From Gemmatimonadaceae bacterium (GTDB lineage Bacteria; Gemmatimonadota; Gemmatimonadetes; Gemmatimonadales; Gemmatimonadaceae), in contig JBBDYA010000093.1 in the NCBI GenBank assembly GCA_040902005.1, forward strand, positions 37,690-99,242: a stretch of 61,553 nucleotides of DNA, read 5' to 3'. The notes under the pieces are model-generated. The model had not been told where the DNA came from. It saw only the letters and a list, made by a program, of their open reading frames with translations, and made no database searches. This document shows positions 21,601 through 31,537 of the stretch, one piece after another (the first letter of the stretch is position 1; each line of letters starts with the position of its first letter). Position numbers and translations under genes: made by a program.

Positions 21601-23237
21601 AGGTGCAACGGATAGGCGCGCGAGAGCATCGTGAGCGACACCGGTTGCGCATTGACATCCAGGTCATACGTCATGAAGTCGTCACCGTAGGTGACGCGGC
21701 CGCTCCCGGTGATTCGCGACGGTACGCCGGGCCCATTCCGGTGGGTGACGTTCGCGTTGGAGAAGCGGACATCCATCCAGGAGGAATCCAGGCGGGCCGT
21801 GCCCGCGACGGTCCCGCCAAGCACGAGGAATCCCGGAAAGAGGTACTGCACGGAACGCAGGTCGAGCGACGCAACCGAGACGTCGAAGCCAAGAAATTCT
21901 GTGACTTCGGGATCGAGGATGTCGAGGACGCCGCGTCCGCTGAAACGGGAAATCGCGCCCCGCACGTGGGCATCGCGGAACGCCAGGTCGGACTCCTCCA
22001 CCACGAACCGCGTGAGCGGCCCCCCCGGTCCACGCACGTACCCCGACAGGTCGCCCTGCATGTCCACCGGGAGTTCGCCGCCAGCGAGCGTGCGCACGAG
22101 GTCGAAGTTGACCGGCTCGGCGCGGAGGTCCACATCCGTCACCTCGAGTACCGGGCCGCCCACCACGAACGTCATCGCGCCGGTGAGCCGCGAGCGTGTG
22201 CTGCGCACGTCCATCTCGGTGAGTTCGTAGCGGAAGTCGTGCAGGTTGTCGGGGTTGTTCCGGATGCGCAACCGCGTGCTGCCTCCGCCGGTGCGCGGCA
22301 GGGTCTCGTACACCCACGCCACGTCGTTCAGCGCGACGGAATCCGCCTTGATGTCGATATCCAGGCGCACGGGCAGGCCACTGCCCCACCAGATCCTGCC
22401 GGTCGCGCTCCCCGAGGACGCGGGCAGGTCGAAGCGGGCGATGTCCACGAAGATGGAGTCGCCGAGCCGGCGGACGCGCCCCCGCGCATTGCGGAACGAG
22501 AAGGGCGGCTCCAGCTCCTCCACGCGCATGTTCTGGATCACAAACTCCTGTCCGAACCGGTTGCTGTCCGGATCGGCGAGCCGCACGCGCGGCAGGAACG
22601 CGTACGCGCGCGACCAGCGGTAGGTGTGCGTGAGCCCCTCCGCGGATCGCCGGATTTCGCGGTCGGGATTCGTGAGGTTCCGGTGAATCGCGCTGTCGCG
22701 CTTCGCGCCGGTCAGCGTGTCGTCCGGCTCCCACGGGCGCGTCAGCAGGAAGGTGCCGTTGCGGACGGTCACGGAATCGAGCACGACGTAGTCCCCGAAG
22801 CTGCGTCCGGGCAACCCGGGAGTCGACGGACCGTCGTCCGACTTGAGGATCCGCTGGAAGTTCCAGTCCCCTTCGCGATGCTGGCGCAGCCGGACCACGG
22901 GATGGTCCACCTCCACGTTCCTGAGAAAGATCCGCAGGTCGGCGATATCACGCGGGTTGTAGTCCAGCTTGATGCGACCGGTGCTCACGAAGATGCTGTC
23001 GTCCGGTCCGCGGATGGCGAAGGAATCGAGCACGAACGCCGTGAACAGGCCGCCGCTCACCTTGCCGATATGGATGGTGCCGTTCACCTGGGCGCTCACC
23101 CGCTGCTCGATGAACCGGCGGATCTGCTCGCGCCCCGGGTCCGTGCCGACGCCCACGCCGATCGTCACGATCGCAATGAAGCCGATCGCGACCAGCGTGA
23201 ACGCGCTGACCAGGGCAACGAGCTTGCGGCGCTTCAT
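18669..23237 (-). CDS. tamB: Translocation and assembly module TamB-family protein
   Basis: 1522 aa; N-terminal anchor; beta-rich body; C-terminal DUF490-like (GGTITF, DPVLDISA, LTGTIAAPILTL, DLVSYLIFG); adjacent to an Omp85 gene. Confidence 0.88.
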   Translation of the reverse strand: MKRRKLVALVSAFTLVAIGFIAIVTIGVGVGTDPGREQIRRFIEQRVSAQVNGTIHIGKVSGGLFTAFVLDSFAIRGPDDSIFVSTGRIKLDYNPRDIADLRIFLRNVEVDHPVVRLRQHREGDWNFQRILKSDDGPSTPGLPGRSFGDYVVLDSVTVRNGTFLLTRPWEPDDTLTGAKRDSAIHRNLTNPDREIRRSAEGLTHTYRWSRAYAFLPRVRLADPDSNRFGQEFVIQNMRVEELEPPFSFRNARGRVRRLGDSIFVDIARFDLPASSGSATGRIWWGSGLPVRLDIDIKADSVALNDVAWVYETLPRTGGGSTRLRIRNNPDNLHDFRYELTEMDVRSTRSRLTGAMTFVVGGPVLEVTDVDLRAEPVNFDLVRTLAGGELPVDMQGDLSGYVRGPGGPLTRFVVEESDLAFRDAHVRGAISRFSGRGVLDILDPEVTEFLGFDVSVASLDLRSVQYLFPGFLVLGGTVAGTARLDSSWMDVRFSNANVTHRNGPGVPSRITGSGRVTYGDDFMTYDLDVNAQPVSLTMLSRAYPLHLRGLMSGPVRASGTTDNLRLTMDLQGAAGRLTYAGTVDAYPLSVAAHGTGRMDTLNLRELIDLEKLPSGWITGTYEIGVRGDTANLATLAGAASLLLERSEIDSIRIFPSTLRARFADGRMYVDTLRMESTAARITASGALGLLGGGSDSLVYEVTADSLGGLRRYLSRFTSTFAQGVAADSLGGSLVLAGTARGSLRSPDVSGTVVGSRVFVRREAGREISGSFALADIFGAPTGTASIRFTSLNIGGIELDSLVASTRLDAGRTGSITLGAVATNGVTLAARADMALGDRENDIVLHELSLATGPSRWTLRGPARIHTRGTGFTIDSLALSNGAGGRLWLAGAVPDVGRARVFFRADSIPLHDVGAVAQTRRALAGFANLSIQGTGTSDAPIMNLQARLNGVQYGGFSMERITGVAEYTNRRAEVSLDLARGGRNVVFARGSLPVDLKYFGAVLLSDSLRGTIRTDSATFDIVEAFIPQLEGATGRIGATVDIRGTWDHPDVAGSIRVEDGEATVTPLGIRMRGINADIALFGHSDSLAIRRLVAWSGAGPADSVSLRGYIAYRDLTNPVFSLRLAARTFHALNRRTLARLDVSTEPDGMLLRGPLRGATLTGGLVVDRGTLFLPDPELARKRRVDLAWQFGDTAESIRQVLPQPSSRLMESLLMDNVRVTLGDEVRLVSDEADIKLVGSLTVQRVRERVSSLSVTALETDSVRYRPLFDGVLRAERGTYNLSLGYAIQREFDVEGGTITFFPVAGLDPVLDISALHTVRTDQSDLRVRVRLTGTIAAPILTLESAESFALGQSDLVSYLIFGQPNFELGRGAQDYVKLAAQTLLPSAAVGAAAVLRGLVGPWADFVQLRPGTANFGSLFEEDYRGDVLKDAFFSSRLAAERQVAHNVYVSASAGICTLRGDPDLNVDLLDGLSGRLEWRLSGDASIRAGKEPSASAMICRAGQSGRVIRTPSQWGLSLFRTWRF

Positions 23238-23240
23238 GAC

Positions 23241-25553
23241 CTAGAACTCTGACCCGATCGAGAAAGTGAACGTCAGGCGCTGCGTGAACCGGGTGGGTCT
23301 CGGCGGCTGGAATGCCCCGGGGCAGGGATCCGACGACTCCACCTGCTCGAGCTGTCCCGACGCATTCGTGCGCAGGGGAATTGTGTTGCCGGGCGCCACG
23401 CAGTGCAGGCGTTCCACGCTCGGGTTGTAGTACAGTGGCCCTGCCGCGCGCCGATAGTCGTTGTATCCCGCGTTCACCACGACCGGCCCGATCGGCGTGA
23501 ACAGCCGCAGTCCCACGCCCGGCGTCATCTTCAGGCGGTTGAACCGAAGCGCCGGGTCCTGGGCGGAGGGTGTCCAGACCTCACCAACGTCCACGAAGAA
23601 GCTGTACTGCAAGAGATCCGGGAGAAAGAAGGGATCGCGAACGCGATAGTCCACGTTGGCCACGAAGAGCGCGTTACCGCCCAGCGGCACCGTGCGGTCG
23701 ATCCGGAGGGTGTCGGGGTTCACGATCGCATGCATGTTGTAGATCGTCTCTCCGCCGACCACGCCGACCGTGATCGTATCGATGCTGCCGGCGACGGTGC
23801 CACTCGCGATATACACCAGCGAGCCCAACTCGTTCTGCTGGAATCCGCGCACGCTGGTGGCGCCGCCGGCGTACATCCGCTCCTGCGTGGGGACGAAGCC
23901 GACGGCGCCGGACGCATCGCCGAGCCCGTGCACGTAGCCGAGCCGCAGGCGCAGCGCGAGCACGTTCCGCCAGCCGAACGGGAGGTACAACGCCCCGTCG
24001 CCGGTGGCCTTGTTGAAGAACTGGTCCGGCGACGTGCCCAGCAGCCTGGACGCGGAGGACCGAAGCTCGCCGCGCAGCACCGTGCCCCGGCTCGGAGCCA
24101 ACGGGTTGTCTGTTCGGATGCGCGTGATCCTCGCGCTCGCCACGCCGAGTGTGGCGAGGGACGTCAACCGCCCCTGCTCCGCGGGCGTACACCGGTTGAA
24201 GAGGGCACAGAGCGCGGCGGCGTCCGCGTCTGTTTCGCCGTACTCCACACCGTACCCCATCCGGAGCTGCGTGCGCTCCGCAACGTCCCGAACGGCGGAG
24301 AAGTCCGCGCCGACGAACGTGGTGCGCAGGTACGCGCGATACTCGCCGCGCCGCTCGCTGTACAGCGAGAGCGTCGGGACCCAGAGCGTGCCCAGCAGCC
24401 GAGGCTGCGCAATCGCCGCCCCGGCGTGGTAGTGCAGTCGTTCACTGAAGCGCTTGTCTTCGGCCAACGGACTCTGTCCGTTGAAATCGCAGAGCCGCCG
24501 CGTGGACTCGGTGGCCAGGGGCTCGCCGTAACCGATCTTGGACGCCTGACCCGAGAGATCCAGGCGCCGCGCGGTGCCCAGCCAGTTCCGGTCGGTGTAG
24601 TTCGCGCGCACGCGGCCGCAGTCCAGCGTCGCCCATCCGAACTCCGAGTCCACCTGGCGCATGTAGCCTTCCGTGAGCCGAACGGCGAGCACGACGATCG
24701 TGTCCCCGGCCGGCTGGCTGTCCGCGGGCACCACCTCCACGTGCCGGTAGGTGCCCAGCTGGAAGAGCGCGCGCTGCGCGTTGATCACGGCGCGGTCGCT
24801 GTAGCGGGAGCCGGGCACAATGCCGAGGACGCGACGGGCCACCTGATCCGATATCTGCTGCCCGCGCCCGTCCATTGCCGTCACATCGAACACCGGCTCG
24901 CCGAAGCGCGCGCGCGCGCCCGGCAGTACCGTGAGCGTGACGTCCACGATGAGTGAGTCATTGTTGCGCACGTACCCCGGCGAGAGCAGGTCCGCCCGAT
25001 GGAACCCGGTGTTTCTCAGGCGCTGGCGGATGGTGTCCATGTCCGCAAACAGCAGCGATGAATCGAACCGGTCGCCCACCCGCAGTCGCCGGGCGTTCAC
25101 CAGCGCGGCGCTGTCCGCCACCCCGTCGAGGCCCGAGACCGAATACGACCGCAGGATCGTGGGCGGCCCTTCCCGGATCGTGAACACCACACGGACGGCG
25201 CGCGACCCCAGTTCCTGCACCAGTGTGTCCACCCTGGTTTCGTAGAATCCGCGCTCGCGATACAGGCTGATCAGACTCAACACGTCGCGGGGCAACGACT
25301 CCCGGTCGAGGCAGCGCTTGGTGCCCACGGCAATCCGGAGGGTGCGACGGAGGAACGCGGTGCGCGTCGTCGCGATGCTCACCTCCAGCTCGCCGTCGCT
25401 CAGCGCGTCGTTGCCCCGGAACTCGAGGTCACGCACCTCCAGCTCGCCCTGGTCGCACGACGTACCCTGCGCGCTCGCGGCCCGGGGCGCCGCGGCAGCA
25501 GCCGCCATCGCAAACAGCGCAATCGCGGCCGCGCGCAACGCTGTCCCATTCAT
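23241..25553 (-). CDS. tamA: Omp85-family outer-membrane protein (TamA/BamA-like)
   Basis: Signal peptide; POTRA-like repeats (YRERGF, NTGF); RMYAGGATSVRGF; GVGLRLFTPIGPV; terminal FSIGSEF. Confidence 0.88.
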   Translation of the reverse strand: MNGTALRAAAIALFAMAAAAAAPRAASAQGTSCDQGELEVRDLEFRGNDALSDGELEVSIATTRTAFLRRTLRIAVGTKRCLDRESLPRDVLSLISLYRERGFYETRVDTLVQELGSRAVRVVFTIREGPPTILRSYSVSGLDGVADSAALVNARRLRVGDRFDSSLLFADMDTIRQRLRNTGFHRADLLSPGYVRNNDSLIVDVTLTVLPGARARFGEPVFDVTAMDGRGQQISDQVARRVLGIVPGSRYSDRAVINAQRALFQLGTYRHVEVVPADSQPAGDTIVVLAVRLTEGYMRQVDSEFGWATLDCGRVRANYTDRNWLGTARRLDLSGQASKIGYGEPLATESTRRLCDFNGQSPLAEDKRFSERLHYHAGAAIAQPRLLGTLWVPTLSLYSERRGEYRAYLRTTFVGADFSAVRDVAERTQLRMGYGVEYGETDADAAALCALFNRCTPAEQGRLTSLATLGVASARITRIRTDNPLAPSRGTVLRGELRSSASRLLGTSPDQFFNKATGDGALYLPFGWRNVLALRLRLGYVHGLGDASGAVGFVPTQERMYAGGATSVRGFQQNELGSLVYIASGTVAGSIDTITVGVVGGETIYNMHAIVNPDTLRIDRTVPLGGNALFVANVDYRVRDPFFLPDLLQYSFFVDVGEVWTPSAQDPALRFNRLKMTPGVGLRLFTPIGPVVVNAGYNDYRRAAGPLYYNPSVERLHCVAPGNTIPLRTNASGQLEQVESSDPCPGAFQPPRPTRFTQRLTFTFSIGSEF

Positions 25554-25777
25554 GCGTCCACCGACGACTCCGTGACGCGTCCGCGCACGCGGGGGCGGCG
25601 GTCCACGCGAAGCGGTGTGCGCTCCATGAGCAAACGCATGAGGTAAAAGGCGAACAGGCCGGTGCCGATCGCGATGCCGATCGCGGGCACCATTTCGTGC
25701 AGCGCCAGCGGGCGCCGATAGGAATACTCGGCGTCCGCGTCGCGACGGCGCGGCGATGGCTGTTCAGCGTTTGGCAT
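25550..25777 (-). CDS. Small single-TM hypothetical protein
   Basis: AIGIAIGTGLFAFYLMRLL helix; stop overlaps the tamA start (ATGA). Confidence 0.6.
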   Translation of the reverse strand: MPNAEQPSPRRRDADAEYSYRRPLALHEMVPAIGIAIGTGLFAFYLMRLLMERTPLRVDRRPRVRGRVTESSVDA

Positions 25778-25865
25778 TGTGAGTGCGGAGTACCGAGGGG
25801 CTGGCGCGGAATGGATGACGTCGTCTGGGCGTCCGATGCGGCGTAAGTCGGGACGGCACATGCAA

Positions 25866-25895
25866 TTGACGCGTCACAACAGCCTCTGGTAAACT
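25866..25895 (+). promoter_or_regulatory. Sigma70-type promoter for the peptide ABC genes
   Basis: TTGACG-N18-TAAACT with extended -10 TG; palindrome TGACGCGTCA over the -35; SD AAGGAG at 25926-25931. Confidence 0.55.
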
Positions 25896-25940
25896 CTCGC
25901 CAGCACCAGAGGGTGTCAACGGTGAAAGGAGCCATGTCCG

Positions 25941-27515
25941 ATGCGTGAAATACGCGTTTTGTTGGGGATTCTCGTGATGGCGGCGTGCGGCGGCGACGCC
26001 GGCGCTCCGGAGCGCTCGACCATCATCGACTCACGGGACAACTACGATCCGCGGTCGATGGATCCCGCGCTCTCGACCGACGTCCCCACGGGGCGGGCGG
26101 TGGCGTACGTCTTCGATGGCCTCACCCGATTCACCCCGGATGCCCGGGTGGAACCCGCCCTCGCCGAACGGTGGGATGTGTCCCCGGACGGACTGAGGTA
26201 CACCTTCCATCTGCGGCGAGGGGTCACCTTTACGGACGGCACGCCGTTCACGGCGCGGACGGTCATCTCGAGCTGGCAGCGCGCCCTGGACCCGGCCACC
26301 AAGGGGGGACGCGCGGAGCCCCTCCAGCCGATACGCGGCGCGCAGGAATTCGCGGCCGGCAGCGCGCGGTCCGTCACCGGGCTGAGCGCGCCGAACGACA
26401 GCACGCTGCTGGTGGAGCTCAGGGAGCCGCTGGGCATCTTCCCCAAGCTGCTCGCCATGCCGGTCGCGTCGATCACGCCGGCCACCGTTCCCCCGAACTT
26501 CAGCGAGCGGCCGGTGGGCACCGGGCCGTGGAAGCTCGTGGAGTGGAAGCATGACGACTACCTCCTGTTCGCCCGGAACGAGTCGTACTGGGGCGGCGCG
26601 CCCGAGGCGGATTCCCTGCGCGCCCGGATCATCTCGGAGCCCAGCACGGCCGTCGCCGAGTTCGAAAGCGGCAACGTGGACGTGCTGCTCGTTCCGCCCG
26701 GCGAGACAGGGCAGTGGGAGGCGGATGCGTCACGGCGCGATCAGCTCATGTCGGTGCCGGCCCTGCAACTCGTGTACGTCGGGATCAACACCACACGCGG
26801 ACCGTTGCGCGACGCGCGCGTACGGCAGGCGATCAACCTCGCCACCGATCGCGCCCTGATTCTCCAGACCCTGGTCAGCGGCCGCGGGCGGCTGGCGGCT
26901 GGCGTGATCCCGCCGTCGCTCGGGGGCGCGGACACCATGCGCGCCGCCTACCCATACGACACGGTGCGCGCCAGGCAGCTGCTCGCCTCTGCCGGCTACC
27001 CGAATGGAATCGACGTCGATCTCTGGGTAGGCTCCAATCCGGTGTACGGCAGAATCGCCGAAACGATGCAGGCGTACCTGCGGCGGGCAGGGATTCGCGC
27101 CACCATCGTGCAGCGCGAATCCGCGGCGGCACGCGAGGCGTCGCGAAACGGGCAGACCGATCTCATCCTGAAGGACTGGTACGCGGATTATCCGGACGCC
27201 GAGAACTTCCTGTACCCCCTGCTGCACGGCGCCAACACCGGCGCGGGGGGGAACGTCTCCTTTTTCCGCAACGCCGACTTCGATCGCATCGTGACGCAGG
27301 CGCGACGCGAGGCCGATGAGGGTCGGCGCAACGTGCTGTACCGGCAGGCGGACTCGCTGGCCTTCGCTGAAGCGCCGATGGTCTTCCTGTACTTCTACAG
27401 CGAGCTGTACGCGGTGCAGCGCTGGATAGAAGGGTTCGAGCCGCCGGTGATCTTCAACGGCCAGCGCTGGATGAACGTCTCCATCGAGGGCAAGGCGGGC
27501 GCGGGCGTGCCATGA
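25941..27515 (+). CDS. Peptide/nickel ABC transporter substrate-binding lipoprotein (SBP family 5)
   Basis: Lipobox VMAAC; LAERWDVSPDGLRYTFHLRRGVTFTDGTP; PVGTGPW; DARVRQAI. Confidence 0.95.
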   Translation: MREIRVLLGILVMAACGGDAGAPERSTIIDSRDNYDPRSMDPALSTDVPTGRAVAYVFDGLTRFTPDARVEPALAERWDVSPDGLRYTFHLRRGVTFTDGTPFTARTVISSWQRALDPATKGGRAEPLQPIRGAQEFAAGSARSVTGLSAPNDSTLLVELREPLGIFPKLLAMPVASITPATVPPNFSERPVGTGPWKLVEWKHDDYLLFARNESYWGGAPEADSLRARIISEPSTAVAEFESGNVDVLLVPPGETGQWEADASRRDQLMSVPALQLVYVGINTTRGPLRDARVRQAINLATDRALILQTLVSGRGRLAAGVIPPSLGGADTMRAAYPYDTVRARQLLASAGYPNGIDVDLWVGSNPVYGRIAETMQAYLRRAGIRATIVQRESAAAREASRNGQTDLILKDWYADYPDAENFLYPLLHGANTGAGGNVSFFRNADFDRIVTQARREADEGRRNVLYRQADSLAFAEAPMVFLYFYSELYAVQRWIEGFEPPVIFNGQRWMNVSIEGKAGAGVP

Positions 27516-28432
27516 CGCGGTTCATCATCCGGCGACTCCTCCTCGCGATCCCGACGCTGTTCGGGGTGCTGATCGTCGCCTTCCTGCTGTTGTACGTGGC
27601 GCCCGGCGATCCGGTCACGGCGATGATCGGCGAGCGCGCCGACGAGGCGACGATCGCGCGTCTACGGGCCGAGCTGAAGCTGGATGACCCGCTGCACGTT
27701 CGCTTCGGGCACTACGTGGGCAACGTGCTCAAGGGCGATCTCGGACGCTCCTACATCACGAACCGGCCGATCTCCCGCGACATCATCGAGCGGTTTCCCA
27801 AGACGATGCAGCTGGCCGCGGCGGCAATGCTTTTCGCGGCATTCACCGGGATCACGCTCGGAATCCTCAGCGCGCTGCATCCGGGCGGGTGGGTGGACCG
27901 CATCGCGCTGGGGGTGGCCTACCTGGGCATCTCGTTTCCGGTCTACTGGGTGGGCCTGCTGCTCATCCTGCTGTTCGCGGTCACGCTCCAGTGGCTGCCA
28001 CCCTCCGGGTACGGCGGGTGGAAGTTCATGATCCTGCCGGCGCTCGCGCTCGGGATGCGCTCCATCGCGTTCCTGGCCCGGGTGACGCGATCCGCCATGC
28101 TCGAGGCCCTGAGCGCGGACTACGTGCGCACGGCGCGCGCCAAGGGGCTCAGCGAGCGCGCGATCACGCTACGCCACGCGCTGCGCAACGCGATGATCCC
28201 GATCATCACTGTGCTGGGACTGGATTTCGGGGCGTACCTTACCGGCAGCATCCTGACGGAAACAGTGTTTTCGTGGCCGGGACTCGGCCGATATGTGGTG
28301 AACGCGATCGCGCGGCGCGACCTGCCCGCGATCCAGGGCGCGGTGCTGTTTCTCTCGGCGGTCTTCGTGCTGGTGAACCTGCTGGCCGACATCGCATATG
28401 CCAAGACCGATCCCCGTGTGGCGTACAGCTGA
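27512..28432 (+). CDS. Peptide ABC permease DppB/OppB-like
   Basis: FIIRRLL; APGDP; DYVRTARAKGL; HALRNA; ETVFSWPGLG; DPRV. Confidence 0.95.
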   Translation: MTRFIIRRLLLAIPTLFGVLIVAFLLLYVAPGDPVTAMIGERADEATIARLRAELKLDDPLHVRFGHYVGNVLKGDLGRSYITNRPISRDIIERFPKTMQLAAAAMLFAAFTGITLGILSALHPGGWVDRIALGVAYLGISFPVYWVGLLLILLFAVTLQWLPPSGYGGWKFMILPALALGMRSIAFLARVTRSAMLEALSADYVRTARAKGLSERAITLRHALRNAMIPIITVLGLDFGAYLTGSILTETVFSWPGLGRYVVNAIARRDLPAIQGAVLFLSAVFVLVNLLADIAYAKTDPRVAYS

Positions 28433-28506
28433 CCGAATGGTAAGTGGTAATTGGCACGGGGTAAACATTCCCCCTTCCCATTTCCCCCTTCCCCGTATCT
28501 TCGGTG
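28433..28506 (+). repeat. G/C heptamer hairpin element, copy 1 (upstream of the mazG-like gene)
   Basis: GGTAATTGGCACGGGGTAAACATTCCCCCTTCCCATTTCCCCCTTCCCCGTATCTTCGGTG, then ATG. Confidence 0.85.
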
Positions 28507-28800
28507 ATGACCCTCGACGAGTATCAGGCGGCGGCCGCGCGGACGACGAACAAGCAGCTCTCCGAACGGGACCTCCTGCTCGACGCCGCGGCCGGGCTCG
28601 CGGAAGAGAGCGGCGAGGTCCTGGGGCTGGTGCGCAAGCACGCCTACCAGGGCCGGCCGCTCGCGAAGGACGAGCTGCGTACAGAGCTCGGCGACGCGCT
28701 TTGGTGCCTTGCGACGACGGCGCGCGCCGCGGGACTCAGCCTCGACGAGGTCGCGCTGGCGAACGTCGCGAAGCTGCGTGAGCGTTACCCCGGGCGCTGA
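28507..28800 (+). CDS. MazG-like nucleoside triphosphate pyrophosphohydrolase
   Basis: LDEYQ; GLAEESGEV; ELGDALW; NVAKLRERYP. Confidence 0.9.
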   Translation: MTLDEYQAAAARTTNKQLSERDLLLDAAAGLAEESGEVLGLVRKHAYQGRPLAKDELRTELGDALWCLATTARAAGLSLDEVALANVAKLRERYPGR

Positions 28801-28887
28801 GAGAGCCCGGGGAAATGGGACGGGGTAATTGGGACGGGGGAAACCCATTTCCCCCTTCCCATTTCCCACTTCCCTGTATTTTCGGTC
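28801..28887 (+). repeat. G/C heptamer hairpin element, copy 2 (upstream of carbonic anhydrase)
   Basis: GGTAATTGGGACGGGGGAAACCCATTTCCCCCTTCCCATTTCCCACTTCCCTGTATTTTCGGTC, then ATG; near-identical to copy 1. Confidence 0.85.
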
Positions 28888-29427
28888 ATGAGCGACAAAC
28901 TTCTCCCCGTGGAATCCGCGGCGGACATCCCGGCGCACCTCCGCGGGACCCCGATCGCCGAGCTACTCGAGTACCACAACCTCGGGCGTGAGCTGGTGCC
29001 CGTGCCGGCGCCGCGGCTGCTGATCGGGATGTGCATGGACAACCGCAAGCACCTGCGCATCCCGGACAACTTCTCGTTCATCCTGCGCGCCGGGGGCGCG
29101 AACCTGCGGCCGGCGGAGTTCAAGGTGTCGTACGCGATCGCCGTGGGCGGGGTGCGCGCGGTGGTCATCATCGGCCACAACAACTGCGGCATGGTGAACC
29201 TCATGTCGCGCTCGCACCTGTTCATCGAGGGGCTCGTCGCGGCCGGCTGGGACAAGCAGCAGGCGGAGGATCACTTCTTCCACTTCGCGCCGCTCTTCGA
29301 GATCGGGAGCGAGATCGACTTCACCTTGAGCGAGGCGAAGCGCATCCGTCGTCGCTACCCCGCCGTCATCGTGGCGCCGCTGCTCTACAAGGTGGAGGAC
29401 AACCGGCTGTACCTGCTGGCGGAGTGA
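28888..29427 (+). CDS. Beta-class carbonic anhydrase-like protein
   Basis: Zn ligands CMDNR and HNNCGM; LRAGGAN. Confidence 0.85.
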   Translation: MSDKLLPVESAADIPAHLRGTPIAELLEYHNLGRELVPVPAPRLLIGMCMDNRKHLRIPDNFSFILRAGGANLRPAEFKVSYAIAVGGVRAVVIIGHNNCGMVNLMSRSHLFIEGLVAAGWDKQQAEDHFFHFAPLFEIGSEIDFTLSEAKRIRRRYPAVIVAPLLYKVEDNRLYLLAE

Positions 29428-30450
29428 TCAGTCGTCCTTTTGTCCGAACACGGCCATGTTCGAGCTGTGGCCGGGCGCCACCTTCTTTTCCGGGTAGATC
29501 CAGTGCACGGCCTGGTTCACCGCGATCGCGGCCTCGCTGAACCCTGACGCGATCAGCTTGAGCTTGCCCGGGTAGGCGGTGACGTCCCCGGCGGCATACA
29601 CCCCCGGCCGGCCAGTTTCCATGGCGCTGTTCACCACGATCTCGTCCTTCACGAGCGTGAGGCCCCACTCCGCGACCGCGCCCATGTCGCTCACGAAGCC
29701 CAGCATGGGGAGAATGACGTCCGCCTCGATCTCGCGCGTGGACTTCGCCTTGATGTCGCGCAGCACCAGGTGGCTGAAACGCTCCGTGTCAGACCGGCAG
29801 ATCACGTCGTGCAGCTCGTGGAAGGTGAAGAGCGACGCGCGTCCCGCGTCCACGGCCGACCGATACTCGTTCACGGTGGCGTCGTGCGCGCGGAAACGGT
29901 CCGAGCGATGCACCAGCGCCACGCTGGTGGCGCGCGGCAACAGCTGCACCCCCCAGTCGAATGCGGTGTCGCCACCGCCGATGATCACCACCTTCTGTCC
30001 GCGAAAGCGTTCCGGATCGGTGACGACGTCGTAGATCCCGCGGCCGTACCACGGGTTGGCGCACGCCTGCGGCAGGCGGCGCGGCGAGAAGGCCCCGATC
30101 CCCGCGGCGATCACCAGCGACCGGGTGGGAAAGCGGTCGGTTTCCGTGACGAGCACGAAGTGGTCGCCGTCCTGTTCAAGGCCGGTCACCCGTTGGCCAA
30201 GGTGCACCTGACTTCCGAAGCGCGTGTTCTGCTCCACCAGCGCGCGCACGAGATCCTTGGCGAGAATCTGCGGGAAGCCGGCCACGTCGAAAATGAACTT
30301 CTCGGGGTAGAGCGCGGCGAGTTGCCCACCCACCTCGGGCAGCGCGTCAACCACCTGCGCCGACACCTGGCGCATGCCAGCATAGAACATGGCGAACAGC
30401 CCTGTCGGGCCGCCGCCAATGATCGTAATGTCGCGGATGTCGTGGACCAT
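29428..30450 (-). CDS. Ferredoxin-NADP+ reductase, thioredoxin-reductase type (YumC-like)
   Basis: IIGGGPTGL; GGQLAALYPEKFIFDVAGF; GGGDTA; no CxxC; YPGKLKLI; PGHSS tail. Confidence 0.92.
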   Translation of the reverse strand: MVHDIRDITIIGGGPTGLFAMFYAGMRQVSAQVVDALPEVGGQLAALYPEKFIFDVAGFPQILAKDLVRALVEQNTRFGSQVHLGQRVTGLEQDGDHFVLVTETDRFPTRSLVIAAGIGAFSPRRLPQACANPWYGRGIYDVVTDPERFRGQKVVIIGGGDTAFDWGVQLLPRATSVALVHRSDRFRAHDATVNEYRSAVDAGRASLFTFHELHDVICRSDTERFSHLVLRDIKAKSTREIEADVILPMLGFVSDMGAVAEWGLTLVKDEIVVNSAMETGRPGVYAAGDVTAYPGKLKLIASGFSEAAIAVNQAVHWIYPEKKVAPGHSSNMAVFGQKDD

Positions 30451-30493
30451 CCATTAACGTTCGCCGCACAGGGCTCACGAAACAACGGCCGTC

Positions 30494-31531
<1,038 letters not shown>

Positions 31532-31537
31532 CTCGAT

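Noticed and set aside
19854..23252. 1132-aa plus-strand ORF and the many other long overlapping ORFs
   Set aside because: Antisense or alternate-frame shadows of clear genes; expected in high-GC DNA; no motifs.
25934..25948. MSDA mini-ORF overlapping the SBP start
   Set aside because: Its ATG is only 2 nt from the SD; the in-frame ATG has normal spacing.
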